Assembly: GCF_032116555.1 (NCBI RefSeq)
Contig: NZ_CP134949.1
Coordinates: 2,728,001-2,792,000 of the forward strand
Length of the DNA stretch: 64,000 nucleotides
DNA from: Halorarum halobium
GTDB taxonomy: Archaea > Halobacteriota > Halobacteria > Halobacteriales > Haloferacaceae
Direction of reading: 5' to 3'
In this document: positions 10,099 to 19,594 of the stretch, piece by piece
How positions within the stretch are numbered: the stretch's first letter is position 1
Layout: each line of letters opens with the position of its first letter
Program-made: the position numbers and the translations under genes
Notes under the pieces: generated by a model
Database searches by the model: none
The model's input: the letters and a program-made list of their open reading frames with translations, nothing else
What the model was told of the DNA's origin: nothing

Positions 10099-13000
10099 GT
10101 GGTCTCAATGAATATCCTAGATATCAAAAACAGGTCTGTTGATCACCTCACCGAGACGATTTGGTGGAACAAAGGCCTGACTAAACTCAACGAAGATACG
10201 ATTTCGAACTACAACGAGTTTATCGATAACCTGGTTCAGGTCAAGGGGCCTTATCTCGAAAAAGTCCAACCACCTAAGTTTTCGAATCAACCTTGGCCCT
10301 ACTACTGTGAAAACCACGACATCCAACATGAGGTACAGTCAGCGATCCGCGACGTAGTTTTCGGTGGAGGTGACGGTCGTCTTTACCGACACCAAGGAAG
10401 AGCAGTAGGATCTATCTTGGACTCAGTCCACGGAGACACAGAAGACGACGTCATCATAACAGTTCCGACTGCCACAGGGAAAACAGAGTGCTTCGTAATA
10501 CCCGCTCTCGACACCGCTATCAGAAATCAACAAGAGCGAGAATTCCCTCGACAAATCAAATCACTCATCATCTATCCTCAGAAGGCACTCGAAACCGACC
10601 AACTTGACCGCCTGGTGAAATACACATACGAAATCAATAATCAACGGCCCAGCACTGAAGGCGTCAAAATAGGCATCTATGACGGAGACACCCCAAGAGG
10701 GCAATATAAAATCTCCAGCGGCCAAAACGTCCGAGGATTAGAATGCCCTGAATGCGACCAGAAATTAGGCTGGGATCAAGACTCTGGAACGATGGTCTGC
10801 ACAAACACTGAGGAACATCGCAGGCCAGTTGAAATCGACTTCTTGGAGCTCACCCGAGACGATATTGAAGAAAACGGGGCGGACATCCTACTCACGAATC
10901 CCGAGGCGCTTGAGTTCCGATTCTTTTCCTCTGATTCACGAGATTTAGTCAACTCTGATCTCTTGGATCTCGTGGTTTTCGACGAGGCCCACGTCTGGAA
11001 CGGGAACGGAGGTAAAGCAATCTCGCAGTTCATCAGCCGTTTAAGAAATCGTTACGGCTCCACAATGGTCTTGGCCAGTGCTACCATTGCCAACCCCAAG
11101 GAATTCGCTTCAGACCTTCTCAACCGTACTGAAACAGGTATAGATCATATTGACTTCGAAGCAGGGAATGTGGATACAAGACATCGAAGCACCAGCGAAT
11201 TCACCTCCTTAGATTTCCTATCCCCTCAGAACGGTTTCCGGATGCTGAGAGAAATCAGAGAAGGGAATCCAGACGTATCTGACCTAAAATCACTTGCGGA
11301 AGCTTCAGAAAAAGAGGTCCAGTCTACACTGACTCTTCTCCAGAGAATCGGTTATTTGGATAGTCAACAGGAGGCTACAGAACACGCAGAAGAACTCTTA
11401 GACGAGATAGAGAAACGAAATACAATAGAGGATAATGAACTCCAATCCGTATTCAACGAAGTTCTAAGATTCAGAGAACAGATAGCGGACAGCTTAGTCA
11501 ACGAAGTTCCCCAGGTTGCAGAGATATTCGACCAATTTGGCGAAGAAAATTTCATCGAAGTAGAAAGACTACTGGAGAGCATATTCACCGATCAGATTCA
11601 AGAAAACCAGTTTGAGACGCTCACTAATCTACTCGAATGGTGTAAATTAGGTGGAGTCCTCTACGACCGCTATCACTACTTCATCAAGCCGTATGTGAAC
11701 TTTTTCTACTGTCCTGACTGCCAAAGCATGTTCACGGAACGAGTTTCGGAGGGAGGAAGAGATCACCATTCTCTCCGAGAAGTCAAATTCTGCTCCAACT
11801 GCCACACACCATATTACGTAGACAGAGGCGAAGAATATGCAATCGGAGAACCTTGCTCCTGCTCCAGGCGCAGCTATACTGAGCCACCAATGCAGACAAC
11901 CACTTTCCTATCCTACTTCCTATCTAAGCTCGGTAGAGATATGAAGGAATTCGGAGCAGGCAAAGTCCTAGTCTTCTCTAATCGGAGAGGAGACGCAGAA
12001 GGAGTCGGCTCTCTAATGATGAAACTCGACTACTCGTTGGAAAGCGAGAGAATGATGGTATCATTATTAGAAGAGCAGGATGACGACCAATTCTACTCCG
12101 TCTCAAATCTCCGAGAAGACCTATACGAAGAGCTGAAAGAATACTACGTAAAGCAACCTTACACATATTTGGAGGACGAAACGCTCTCGCAAGGCCTCTT
12201 CTCGCAGCTAGGTGCTCTAGCAAATCCTCTCGACAAAGGCAACCATCGGAAATTGTGGGATGCAGGGATTCTCAGTGTTAGACCCGAGTCAGAAAACGAT
12301 GAAATCAACCTCATAGCGAACGAGATCGTGAAAATTCTGGCGTTCAAACCCCATACTGATCTGGATCAAAGTAATAGCATCAAAATCGATTCTCTAAAAT
12401 CTAAACTCTCAAACTCGGTGCCGACCTATTTCGATTCAGCACCTGATCTTGACGCGAAACTTGACGAAGCACTCTCCGTCTTGGAGCAAGCAGACATTAT
12501 TAGCCGAGAAAGAGAGCGGTCTAGCGATGAAGTCGTAACTATCCTCACCCTGAGAAGGAACTTCCTCGAGCTAGATGTTCAAAAAGAAGCCTGTGTTTGC
12601 GAATTTTGTTATTCAGGATGGCCATTCTGGGATAGAAGTTACTGTCCAGACTGTGGCGAGCACTTAGTCGAAGTGGACCGGGATTCATACGATAAAGTCG
12701 AATTCGACCAGGAAGAGTACTCACTAGACCACTGGGGAAATGTGGTCCTCGGTCACGGAGTTGATCCTCTCGTAAGTGCAGTGCATAAGGCCGGTATAAA
12801 GACCGATACTCGGAATAAAATCGAAGAAGGGTTCGGCGCAAATCCGCCCAAGATCAACGTAGTATCAGCTACAAACACCCTGGAGCTCGGCATAGACATA
12901 GGAACTCTCGATTGCATCGCCGGGCTGGGTATTCCACCTACAAAGACAAGCTATGTCCAGCGAGCTGGTCGTACTGGACGTAGCTTAGACCAGTCCTCAA

Positions 13001-13947
13001 TGGTGTTCACGGTTGCTCGTCCTCACAACGCCGTGGATAACTTCTATTTCGAAGATATAGAAAGTAGATTCCTCAATGCACCTTCCAAACCGGTACAGAT
13101 CAACCACCTCAATTACGATATCCTTAAGACACAGGTGATGTCCGAGGTACTCACATATCTGAATCTGAACGATCTCGACTATGGACGATTTGAGCGGTTC
13201 AAAACGGGCCAGGATATTGACGATGTGATTAATGAAGTCTACGACGGTGTAGAAGCATTACTGGATACTGTCGATGAAAATCAAGACTCTATCAAGGAGC
13301 ACTTGGAAGGTGCGTTTAAATCGGGTGAAGAGGACCTTGAACAAGCATTAGAAGATCTGTTTGAGAGCCCGTCTGAAGTAAAACAGCGTGTGCTTCGCCG
13401 ACTTTTCAAATTCTACACAACCTTCCGGGCATTGGAAAAGGAAACTGGCCAGGGTGCTCAGGGTCTCAGAAGGCGGAGAGTCATCCAGGAAGAAATTCTT
13501 CAGGAACTGGAGAGGGAAGTTGGATACCTGCCAATGCTTCTGTCCAGTGCCGGAATGATCAGCCAATACCGTTCCACCGAGGATTCAGTAGCGCTCTTCC
13601 GAGAAAAGGAAAGTGAGGAAAACGGTCAAGTCCATCTCAGCTACGAATCCAAGAGCGTCTCACAAGCATTGAGAGAATCATATCCAGAAGCAATGGACAC
13701 CTATGGAGGAGTCGACTACGAGGTTGTGAGTGCACAAGTTAGTCGAGATGAAATTTTCTCCACCAGCGTTTGCACAAACCAATTATGCACTCTTCCCTAC
13801 AATGAATACCCTGCCTTAGAAGTCTGCCCGCTCTGTGGAGATGACTTAGAGGAAATCAGCGTTCACGAATACTTGGGAGCGGTGCTCAAATCATCCAGAT
13901 CCAGAAAGAGAACACGGCCGCTGATAATGCGAGGTGTTGACTTTTGA
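10099..13947 (+). CDS. SF2 DEAH-box helicase with Zn fingers (DrmA/DpdJ/DruE/MrfA-like group)
   Basis: LYRHQ, PTATGKT, IYPQKAL, YDGDT, TNPE, DEAH, SAT, ATNTLELGIDIG, QRAGRTGR; several CxxC pairs; start may be ATG 10108. Confidence 0.92.
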   Translation: MVSMNILDIKNRSVDHLTETIWWNKGLTKLNEDTISNYNEFIDNLVQVKGPYLEKVQPPKFSNQPWPYYCENHDIQHEVQSAIRDVVFGGGDGRLYRHQGRAVGSILDSVHGDTEDDVIITVPTATGKTECFVIPALDTAIRNQQEREFPRQIKSLIIYPQKALETDQLDRLVKYTYEINNQRPSTEGVKIGIYDGDTPRGQYKISSGQNVRGLECPECDQKLGWDQDSGTMVCTNTEEHRRPVEIDFLELTRDDIEENGADILLTNPEALEFRFFSSDSRDLVNSDLLDLVVFDEAHVWNGNGGKAISQFISRLRNRYGSTMVLASATIANPKEFASDLLNRTETGIDHIDFEAGNVDTRHRSTSEFTSLDFLSPQNGFRMLREIREGNPDVSDLKSLAEASEKEVQSTLTLLQRIGYLDSQQEATEHAEELLDEIEKRNTIEDNELQSVFNEVLRFREQIADSLVNEVPQVAEIFDQFGEENFIEVERLLESIFTDQIQENQFETLTNLLEWCKLGGVLYDRYHYFIKPYVNFFYCPDCQSMFTERVSEGGRDHHSLREVKFCSNCHTPYYVDRGEEYAIGEPCSCSRRSYTEPPMQTTTFLSYFLSKLGRDMKEFGAGKVLVFSNRRGDAEGVGSLMMKLDYSLESERMMVSLLEEQDDDQFYSVSNLREDLYEELKEYYVKQPYTYLEDETLSQGLFSQLGALANPLDKGNHRKLWDAGILSVRPESENDEINLIANEIVKILAFKPHTDLDQSNSIKIDSLKSKLSNSVPTYFDSAPDLDAKLDEALSVLEQADIISRERERSSDEVVTILTLRRNFLELDVQKEACVCEFCYSGWPFWDRSYCPDCGEHLVEVDRDSYDKVEFDQEEYSLDHWGNVVLGHGVDPLVSAVHKAGIKTDTRNKIEEGFGANPPKINVVSATNTLELGIDIGTLDCIAGLGIPPTKTSYVQRAGRTGRSLDQSSMVFTVARPHNAVDNFYFEDIESRFLNAPSKPVQINHLNYDILKTQVMSEVLTYLNLNDLDYGRFERFKTGQDIDDVINEVYDGVEALLDTVDENQDSIKEHLEGAFKSGEEDLEQALEDLFESPSEVKQRVLRRLFKFYTTFRALEKETGQGAQGLRRRRVIQEEILQELEREVGYLPMLLSSAGMISQYRSTEDSVALFREKESEENGQVHLSYESKSVSQALRESYPEAMDTYGGVDYEVVSAQVSRDEIFSTSVCTNQLCTLPYNEYPALEVCPLCGDDLEEISVHEYLGAVLKSSRSRKRTRPLIMRGVDF

Positions 13948-14624
13948 CTGAGTTCTCCGAGAACTTCGAAGAAGCACTTGACTTGGACGAAGACGAGATA
14001 GAAGGAGGTCTAACACGAGACGCCGAAACACTGGATGAGACATACTTCAAGGATCTTCACATCCGCTTCGTATCTAACCTGAAAGTTCGAAGTACCGTGC
14101 CCAAAGTCGAAATTAGCTATTTCTCCAACAGCAACGTCGAAGACGCAAAAGGAGATATCCTGAAATTTGAAGATGGGGAAGTGAAATGGGATCACGCTAT
14201 TCCCGGTCATCAACATCCAACCGATGGGATCGTCTTTCTACATAGAATCGAAGATCTCAGATCGAAGCTCGGATCGAATGATAACAGGAAGGCAATTACA
14301 GCTGCATACTCGGCCGGATATGGACTTAGATCTATAATTTCTAGAAATCTCGGTGTCGACAGCTTGGATATCCAGTGTTCTGTAACAATGTCTCAACGGT
14401 TTATTCAGCTAATTGTCTATGACGCCGACGTAGGCGGAGCAGGATTATCCCACGCAGTCTATCAGGACTTAGAAGAGTTCCTATGGGAAACGAGAACCGC
14501 TCTGGATGATTGTGTCTGCCCGGATTTCTGTGAACAATGTCTCCTCCTACCACGAACACCCACACATATCATTGAAGAGGGGCTTCTGAATCGGTTTGAT
14601 GGCCTAAAGTTCCTCTCTGACTGA
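13944..14624 (+). CDS. DUF1998 (MrfA-type C-terminal Zn-binding domain) protein
   Basis: IVYDADVGGAGLS ... CVCPDFCEQCLL; TTG start overlaps the helicase stop, GAGGTG 7 nt upstream. Confidence 0.82.
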   Translation: MTEFSENFEEALDLDEDEIEGGLTRDAETLDETYFKDLHIRFVSNLKVRSTVPKVEISYFSNSNVEDAKGDILKFEDGEVKWDHAIPGHQHPTDGIVFLHRIEDLRSKLGSNDNRKAITAAYSAGYGLRSIISRNLGVDSLDIQCSVTMSQRFIQLIVYDADVGGAGLSHAVYQDLEEFLWETRTALDDCVCPDFCEQCLLLPRTPTHIIEEGLLNRFDGLKFLSD

Positions 14625-15135
14625 CTCGATACAAAGCTTATTCTCGATGTCGTGTTGTTTGAGCGTCATGACACTATCTGGTAGCATGTTCCGGGCTGGA
14701 TTCCCCGAAAAAATACGATCTCTCAGACACCCTGATTCTCGTCAATCAATTCGGCTACCGGACTTTCATCTCTGGACTAAAACTTAGTGGTCGAGTCTAC
14801 TATACCGACTGAACCCTCCTTGAGAAGTAGTTTCTTTCGCATCCACAAAATGCGCATCACCTGTTTCCATACTTCGCAGGTGGGTAGTCGGTCAAGCGTC
14901 CGTGAGTAGCTTGATAGTTTATGTATTACTCTCTAACCATCAGTGACCGTACCAAGCCCTCGATGAACAAGCGATGCAGAGCTGCTGTGTTCCTGGAAGT
15001 GAGTAGACTACGAAAACAGAAATCAAGTGACTGCGTTCAGTCGAAACGGCTCTCAAAAGTCATAACAACGTCTTTCCGGAAACAACCCGGTCAGGCTTTT
15101 ATCTCTTGACCGAAAAATCAGTCTATCAGAATCAA

Positions 15136-15630
15136 ATGATCCGCGATGCTCGCGTCCTCCGCATCGGATTCGTCCCTCGGGAAGTTGAGCATCGCGACGC
15201 CGCAGTCAACCACTTCTCCAGCGTCCGCGAACCGATAACGAACGGTGAACCCGCCGACACGGCCATCATCACAGGGCCCAGCGGCGCCGGCAAGACCTGC
15301 ATCTCGAAGTTCGTCACCGAACGCCTCCGTGAGGAGGTCCTCGACGTCGAGACCACTTACATCAACTGCTAGTACAACTAAACCACATTCCGGACGCGTT
15401 ATTAGATCCTCGACGACCTCGGCGCCACCATCGACATCCACCGGCAGTCGCGCCTCACGACGATCTCGTCGACCGTCTACAGCAGCACGACGGCCCGCGA
15501 ACCGTCGTCATCCTAGACGAGGTAGACCAACTGGAGGACCCAGCGTCATCTACGACCTCCACAGCCTCCCGCAGTTCACGATTATCTGCATCGCGAACAC
15601 AGAAGCGGAGCTGTTCAACCACGTCGACGA
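15136..15630 (+). pseudogene. cdc6: Orc1/Cdc6 replication initiator pseudogene
   Basis: MIRDARVL..FVPREVEHRD, GPSGAGKT, YINC then stop at 15370; [10 protein letters not shown] and IICIAN continue in shifted frames; truncated. Confidence 0.88.
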
Positions 15631-15632
15631 CG

Positions 15633-15860
15633 GCACTCTACGTGCGAGAGGAGGACATCGACGGCTGGCCGAACGTGATCGAACAGAAGGGGTTCGTCGG
15701 CGGCGGAAACACCGAACTCCGCGCAACCGACGAACACGTCTTCTCTGACGCCCAGACAGGTCAGGGCGTCACGACCGTCTCGATCCCACAGCTGATCGTC
15801 GATCTCCACGACCAGGACGGTCCGGCAGTCGAAGCCGGGGAGCGGCTCATCGCTCGCTAG
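15633..15860 (+). pseudogene. 3' fragment of an unrelated gene fused to the cdc6 remnant
   Basis: Acidic reading frame ending [24 protein letters not shown] with no convincing start; weak resemblance to AbiEi-type antitoxin C-termini. Confidence 0.4.
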
Positions 15861-15896
15861 CACGACGCGAATCTTGAGTAGGACGCCCCCGACCCC

Positions 15897-16340
15897 TCAC
15901 GGCGGGTTGGGTTGCTGGAGGCGGTCGAGATCACCGGATTCGACGGCATCCCGCCAGAGTTGGAGGACGGCCAGCGTGACTAACGGAACGACCTCGACCT
16001 CGATACACGACGGGACGGCGTCGTGACTCGCATCCGGCGGTTCGTGGAAGTGCTTCTCGGAGACGTCCGCTCGGGGGTGGCGGCCGTAGCGATAATTGAA
16101 TCCCTCACCTTCGGTGTAGTGATACTTGTAGTGCCCCTTCCCCGTCCACGTCACGTCGAACCGGCCAGTTTCGGCCCGAATGCCAGCATCCATGGAGAGC
16201 TGGAGCGTCTGTGGGTCGACTGGCGAATCGAACGTCGCCTCGCTGACGAGCGGTTCGTGCGCTGTGGCGACGGTTCGTGCCGTCTGAAGTCGCTTCAGGT
16301 CGGGCGACCCAGTCTCGACCCGCTCCCAGTCGTCGACCAT
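15897..16340 (-). CDS. Hypothetical protein (147 aa), putative TumE/DUF6516-like toxin
   Basis: MVDDWERVE start coupled by TAATG to the upstream HTH gene; YRYGRHP...KHFHEPP His motif. Confidence 0.65.
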   Translation of the reverse strand: MVDDWERVETGSPDLKRLQTARTVATAHEPLVSEATFDSPVDPQTLQLSMDAGIRAETGRFDVTWTGKGHYKYHYTEGEGFNYRYGRHPRADVSEKHFHEPPDASHDAVPSCIEVEVVPLVTLAVLQLWRDAVESGDLDRLQQPNPP

Positions 16341-16837
16341 TATGCCTCGGCGAGCCGATGGGCTTCGTCGACCCGGAGGGCGGCCTGGGCGATCGCGAGG
16401 TTCCGCCGCGTGGCACGCCAGCGCCCGACATCCTCCCAGCCGTCGGCGTCGGCGTCGAGTTCGATGGCGAGTTCTTCCGGTCCCTCCACCTCGTAGGTGT
16501 CGCGGTAGTCCTGCAGCTGTGCTTTCATCTCGCGAATGCCGTCGATGAGTTCGTCCCACGAAGTCGTTTCCCGGAGTTCGTAGATGCGTTCGTCGATCTG
16601 CCGGCCGTCGTTGCGCTTGTACAGGGTGGTCCGGCCGTCCTGGGTCGTGACCCCGATGCCGTCCGCGACGAGTTCGTCGAGGTACTTCCGCGTCGTCGGC
16701 TCGCTGGTGCGCGCACGGTCGGCGATCTCCGCAGCCGTCGCGTACTCGGTGGTCTCCTCCAGCACCGTCCGGATGCGCTCGCGACTCGTCGTCTCCTCGA
16801 TCCACGCCTCCGTCGCCCGCTCGTTGATATCGGTCAT
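16340..16837 (-). CDS. Winged-HTH protein, putative antitoxin
   Basis: TAAEIADRARTSEPTTRKYLDELVADG HTH followed by a helical C-terminus. Confidence 0.8.
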   Translation of the reverse strand: MTDINERATEAWIEETTSRERIRTVLEETTEYATAAEIADRARTSEPTTRKYLDELVADGIGVTTQDGRTTLYKRNDGRQIDERIYELRETTSWDELIDGIREMKAQLQDYRDTYEVEGPEELAIELDADADGWEDVGRWRATRRNLAIAQAALRVDEAHRLAEA

Positions 16838-16911
16838 ACTGGGGAGTGGGGCCCTAAGACAAAATATCTTTCCCGAAGTCGTATTTGTTATCTTGTCCTG
16901 AGCGTAGCGTG

Positions 16912-17853
16912 TCAGTGATCGTTGTCACCGAGCGCACGCAGTTCGTCCCATCGTGCGCGAATCGTGACTGGGGTCACGTCCGCAACCTCGGCGAGGTCGG
17001 GCTGCGTGACCCGCTCGCACCGTTCTCGAGCGGCTGTATACAGTCAGGCCGCCACGAGGCCAGTCGGAGGACACCTGTTCGCGAGTTGTTCCTCGATAGC
17101 TTTTGCTGCGATTGCCTCCGCCCGGTGCCGTGTCCCGACCGAGAGCCCGAGTGCTGATGCGAATCGGGGAACGTAGGCTGCGGGCGGCGTCGGCATGGCC
17201 GGGAGTCCGAGTTCGCGATTGAGGACGCCGTAGGCGTGCTCGACGCGCTCGGCGGTGGCCTTCGCGACGCCACCAACCTCCGGAACTGTGCGTGGAAGGA
17301 CGTTACAGCGACACACCGCGTAGACGCTCGCGGCGGCGACCGCTTCGATGGAACGACCAGGAAGGAGGTCCTCGCTGGATGCACTGCGATAGAGCGCACA
17401 GGCCTGATCACGAATGCTCTCCGGGAGGTCAAGGGCGCTCGCGAGACGGCGCGTCTCGGCCAGGCCGTGTGCGAGATTCCGTTCGGCTTTCGAGCGCCAG
17501 CGACCGCGGTTGTGCTCCCGTCGGAGTCCGCCCAACTGGCAGCGTTTCTGGCCGGGGAGGGTGTTCCCGTTGCCGTCGGTTTTGCGACCGATTTCGGTCG
17601 ACAGGCCTCGATCGTAGCGGGTTGGGGTTAACGGCGCGCCGGTTCGCTCGGGATCTCTCTCGTCATCATCGAAGGTTGGTCATTCCGGACCATGGTCGAT
17701 CGGCTGTGAGTCGAGTACCAGCCCTCAGTCCTCACAGACCGTTTCCACGGCGTTCGTTGTGACGTGACCGTCGTACTCGGCGCACTGGTTCGCGCTTGCG
17801 TCAGCCTATACGTCTTCGTCGAACGTTCTCTCGTAGATGTCTCTGATTGCCAT
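16912..17853 (-). pseudogene. tfb: Transcription initiation factor IIB pseudogene
   Basis: AERNLAHGL.E.RRLASALDLP, LLPGRSIEAVAAASVY, then TQPDLAEVADVTPVTIR in another frame; early stop after MAIRDIYERTFDEDV and frameshifts. Confidence 0.88.
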
Positions 17854-18471
17854 CGTTCTCACCGTGTTCAGGAACTCGCACTATGTCGAGCCCCTCACCC
17901 ATTGAGGGGTCAATAAACGCTATCGAGTACGGACATCGGTTCAGCTGGAGTGTGACTTCGACTATAGCGCTTGAGTCACTGTGAGGCCCCCTCTACAACA
18001 GAGTGATAAACTCCATGAGTGTCGAGGCAAATCCTCTACGGGTAGAAATGAAGGAGAGCTTTTGGGTCTTCTATAGGCTAATACAATCATAATCCAGGAA
18101 CTCAATCCCGTACTGCACGCTGCCCGGAACCCATTATTGTTCTACTTACACGTATATAGGAGTGAACACGAACTGCCGAAAGCCGGCGACAGTCCTCCCC
18201 ACAATGACCTGAACGACGATCTGCTCAACCTAGGTCGGCGGCAGATACTTCGTGAATAAATACTGGAACGCGGTCTACACGGCACTGGTAGTATGACAGC
18301 CTGTTAAGTCCCCAGAGTGCTGGGAGAGGTACGGATGGACAATGGCCGACGACTAGACAGCGTCGCTACTGCGGTAAGGTCGTCGACGATCAATGGATCA
18401 CCCTGTGCGGTGCTGGGGGCTATATACATCAGATAGTCTGGAAGATGCCGGGTTTCGTTTGAGTCGGATAG

Positions 18472-18732
18472 TTATCGACCGCGCCCCCATCCGCCGGAGC
18501 CACCGCCATCAAGGATTTCGGTGAGGATGAAAATCATAACGGCGATGCCGATGATGATCAAGCCGAGGCCGGTGACGAGATAGAGGGGTGAGACAGTCGC
18601 GGCCGCCGTCCCGAAGATTGGGATTGCCGGTGGCAGTATCGCAAGGCCGATGCCGGCAAGGACAACGAGGACGCCAAGGATTACCGCGGTCAGTGCGACT
18701 CCGATGAGTACGAGTGTTTCATTCATCGACAT
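18472..18732 (-). CDS. Small 2-TM membrane protein (86 aa)
   Basis: MSMNETLVLIG start coupled by TGATG to the upstream gene; two hydrophobic stretches. Confidence 0.65.
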   Translation of the reverse strand: MSMNETLVLIGVALTAVILGVLVVLAGIGLAILPPAIPIFGTAAATVSPLYLVTGLGLIIIGIAVMIFILTEILDGGGSGGWGRGR

Positions 18733-19391
18733 CAGTAGAATACCATGAGGAGAACGCCGGTCAGCATGACGAGGAAGGTCCACGTGAGGTAGCCGCGGAC
18801 AGCGTTAACGTACCGTTCCCGGGTGCGAAGTACCCGGTTGTTGTGGTGGATGCCGTCCACCGCGTCGGCGGCGACCAGGCGGGAAGCGTCGTCACGATCG
18901 ATATCTTCCTCAAATTGTGCGGTCGTGAGTGATCCTCCAGCAAATGTCAAGATTACGACAGGGAGATGGACTGCAGCCTGGGAAAGGAACGTTCTAATGC
19001 GCGTAAGCGTTGATGGTGGATCAGCCGATTCCGCGGGAATGTTCTCGCCGATGTCGCTGTGAACACCAAGTTGGAGGTCGGTGTAAGAGACACGAGCAGC
19101 ACCGACGTGGTTGTACCAGGCAAGGAAGGAGAGGAACGTGATGGTGAACCCGACGACCCATAATGGATTTTGTGTTTGGGGGAGGAATAGTCGGGCGTCG
19201 ATGAGGGAGATGAGCGTGACAAGACCCGCGCCGATAAGTACCTGTGTGCGCGTGGTTCGGAGGAGTTCATCGTTCAGCCGGCGGACGATTTGCAATTGTC
19301 GTTCGATGATGACTTCGACATCATCGACATTGAAGCTAGGAGCACTAGCCTCGGTGGTGGTTGCATCCGATTCCGACTGCTGTTCGCTCAT
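18732..19391 (-). CDS. Membrane protein (219 aa, about 3-4 TM)
   Basis: Acidic N-terminus, two adjacent TM segments, soluble loop, C-terminal TM; 1-nt overlaps on both sides. Confidence 0.75.
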   Translation of the reverse strand: MSEQQSESDATTTEASAPSFNVDDVEVIIERQLQIVRRLNDELLRTTRTQVLIGAGLVTLISLIDARLFLPQTQNPLWVVGFTITFLSFLAWYNHVGAARVSYTDLQLGVHSDIGENIPAESADPPSTLTRIRTFLSQAAVHLPVVILTFAGGSLTTAQFEEDIDRDDASRLVAADAVDGIHHNNRVLRTRERYVNAVRGYLTWTFLVMLTGVLLMVFY

Positions 19392-19594
19392 TATAATCGG
19401 GAGGCGATGTTGAAGATGGCGCCGACGATCACGAGCAATACGATGATTCCGGCGAAAAGATCAGGATGGTTCCCGAACCATACCAAAAAAGAATTACTCG
19501 GATCGCCGCCCTGGACGGTTCGCCAAATTGCCAGGGCTACAAGAATCATAAGAAAGAGAACCGCGAGGCCCCCGATAGCGTTCTCTTCCGCCAT
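19391..19594 (-). CDS. Small 2-TM membrane protein (67 aa)
   Basis: MAEENAIGG start, two hydrophobic helices, TAATG coupling to the next gene. Confidence 0.65.
   Translation of the reverse strand: MAEENAIGGLAVLFLMILVALAIWRTVQGGDPSNSFLVWFGNHPDLFAGIIVLLVIVGAIFNIASRL

Noticed and set aside
3427..14624. Calling the operon canonical BREX, DISARM, Druantia or Dpd
   Set aside because: Each lacks defining parts in this window: no PglX/BrxL, no DrmM/DrmC, no partner Dru genes, no DpdA-C.
15040..15110. Possible ORB/origin sequence upstream of cdc6 (TTTCCGGAAACAACCCGG)
   Set aside because: Single weak match with no G-string or inverted ORB pair, and the initiator gene is broken.
15370..15405. Stop-codon readthrough in cdc6
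   Set aside because: Several stops plus frameshifts and truncation indicate decay, not recoding.
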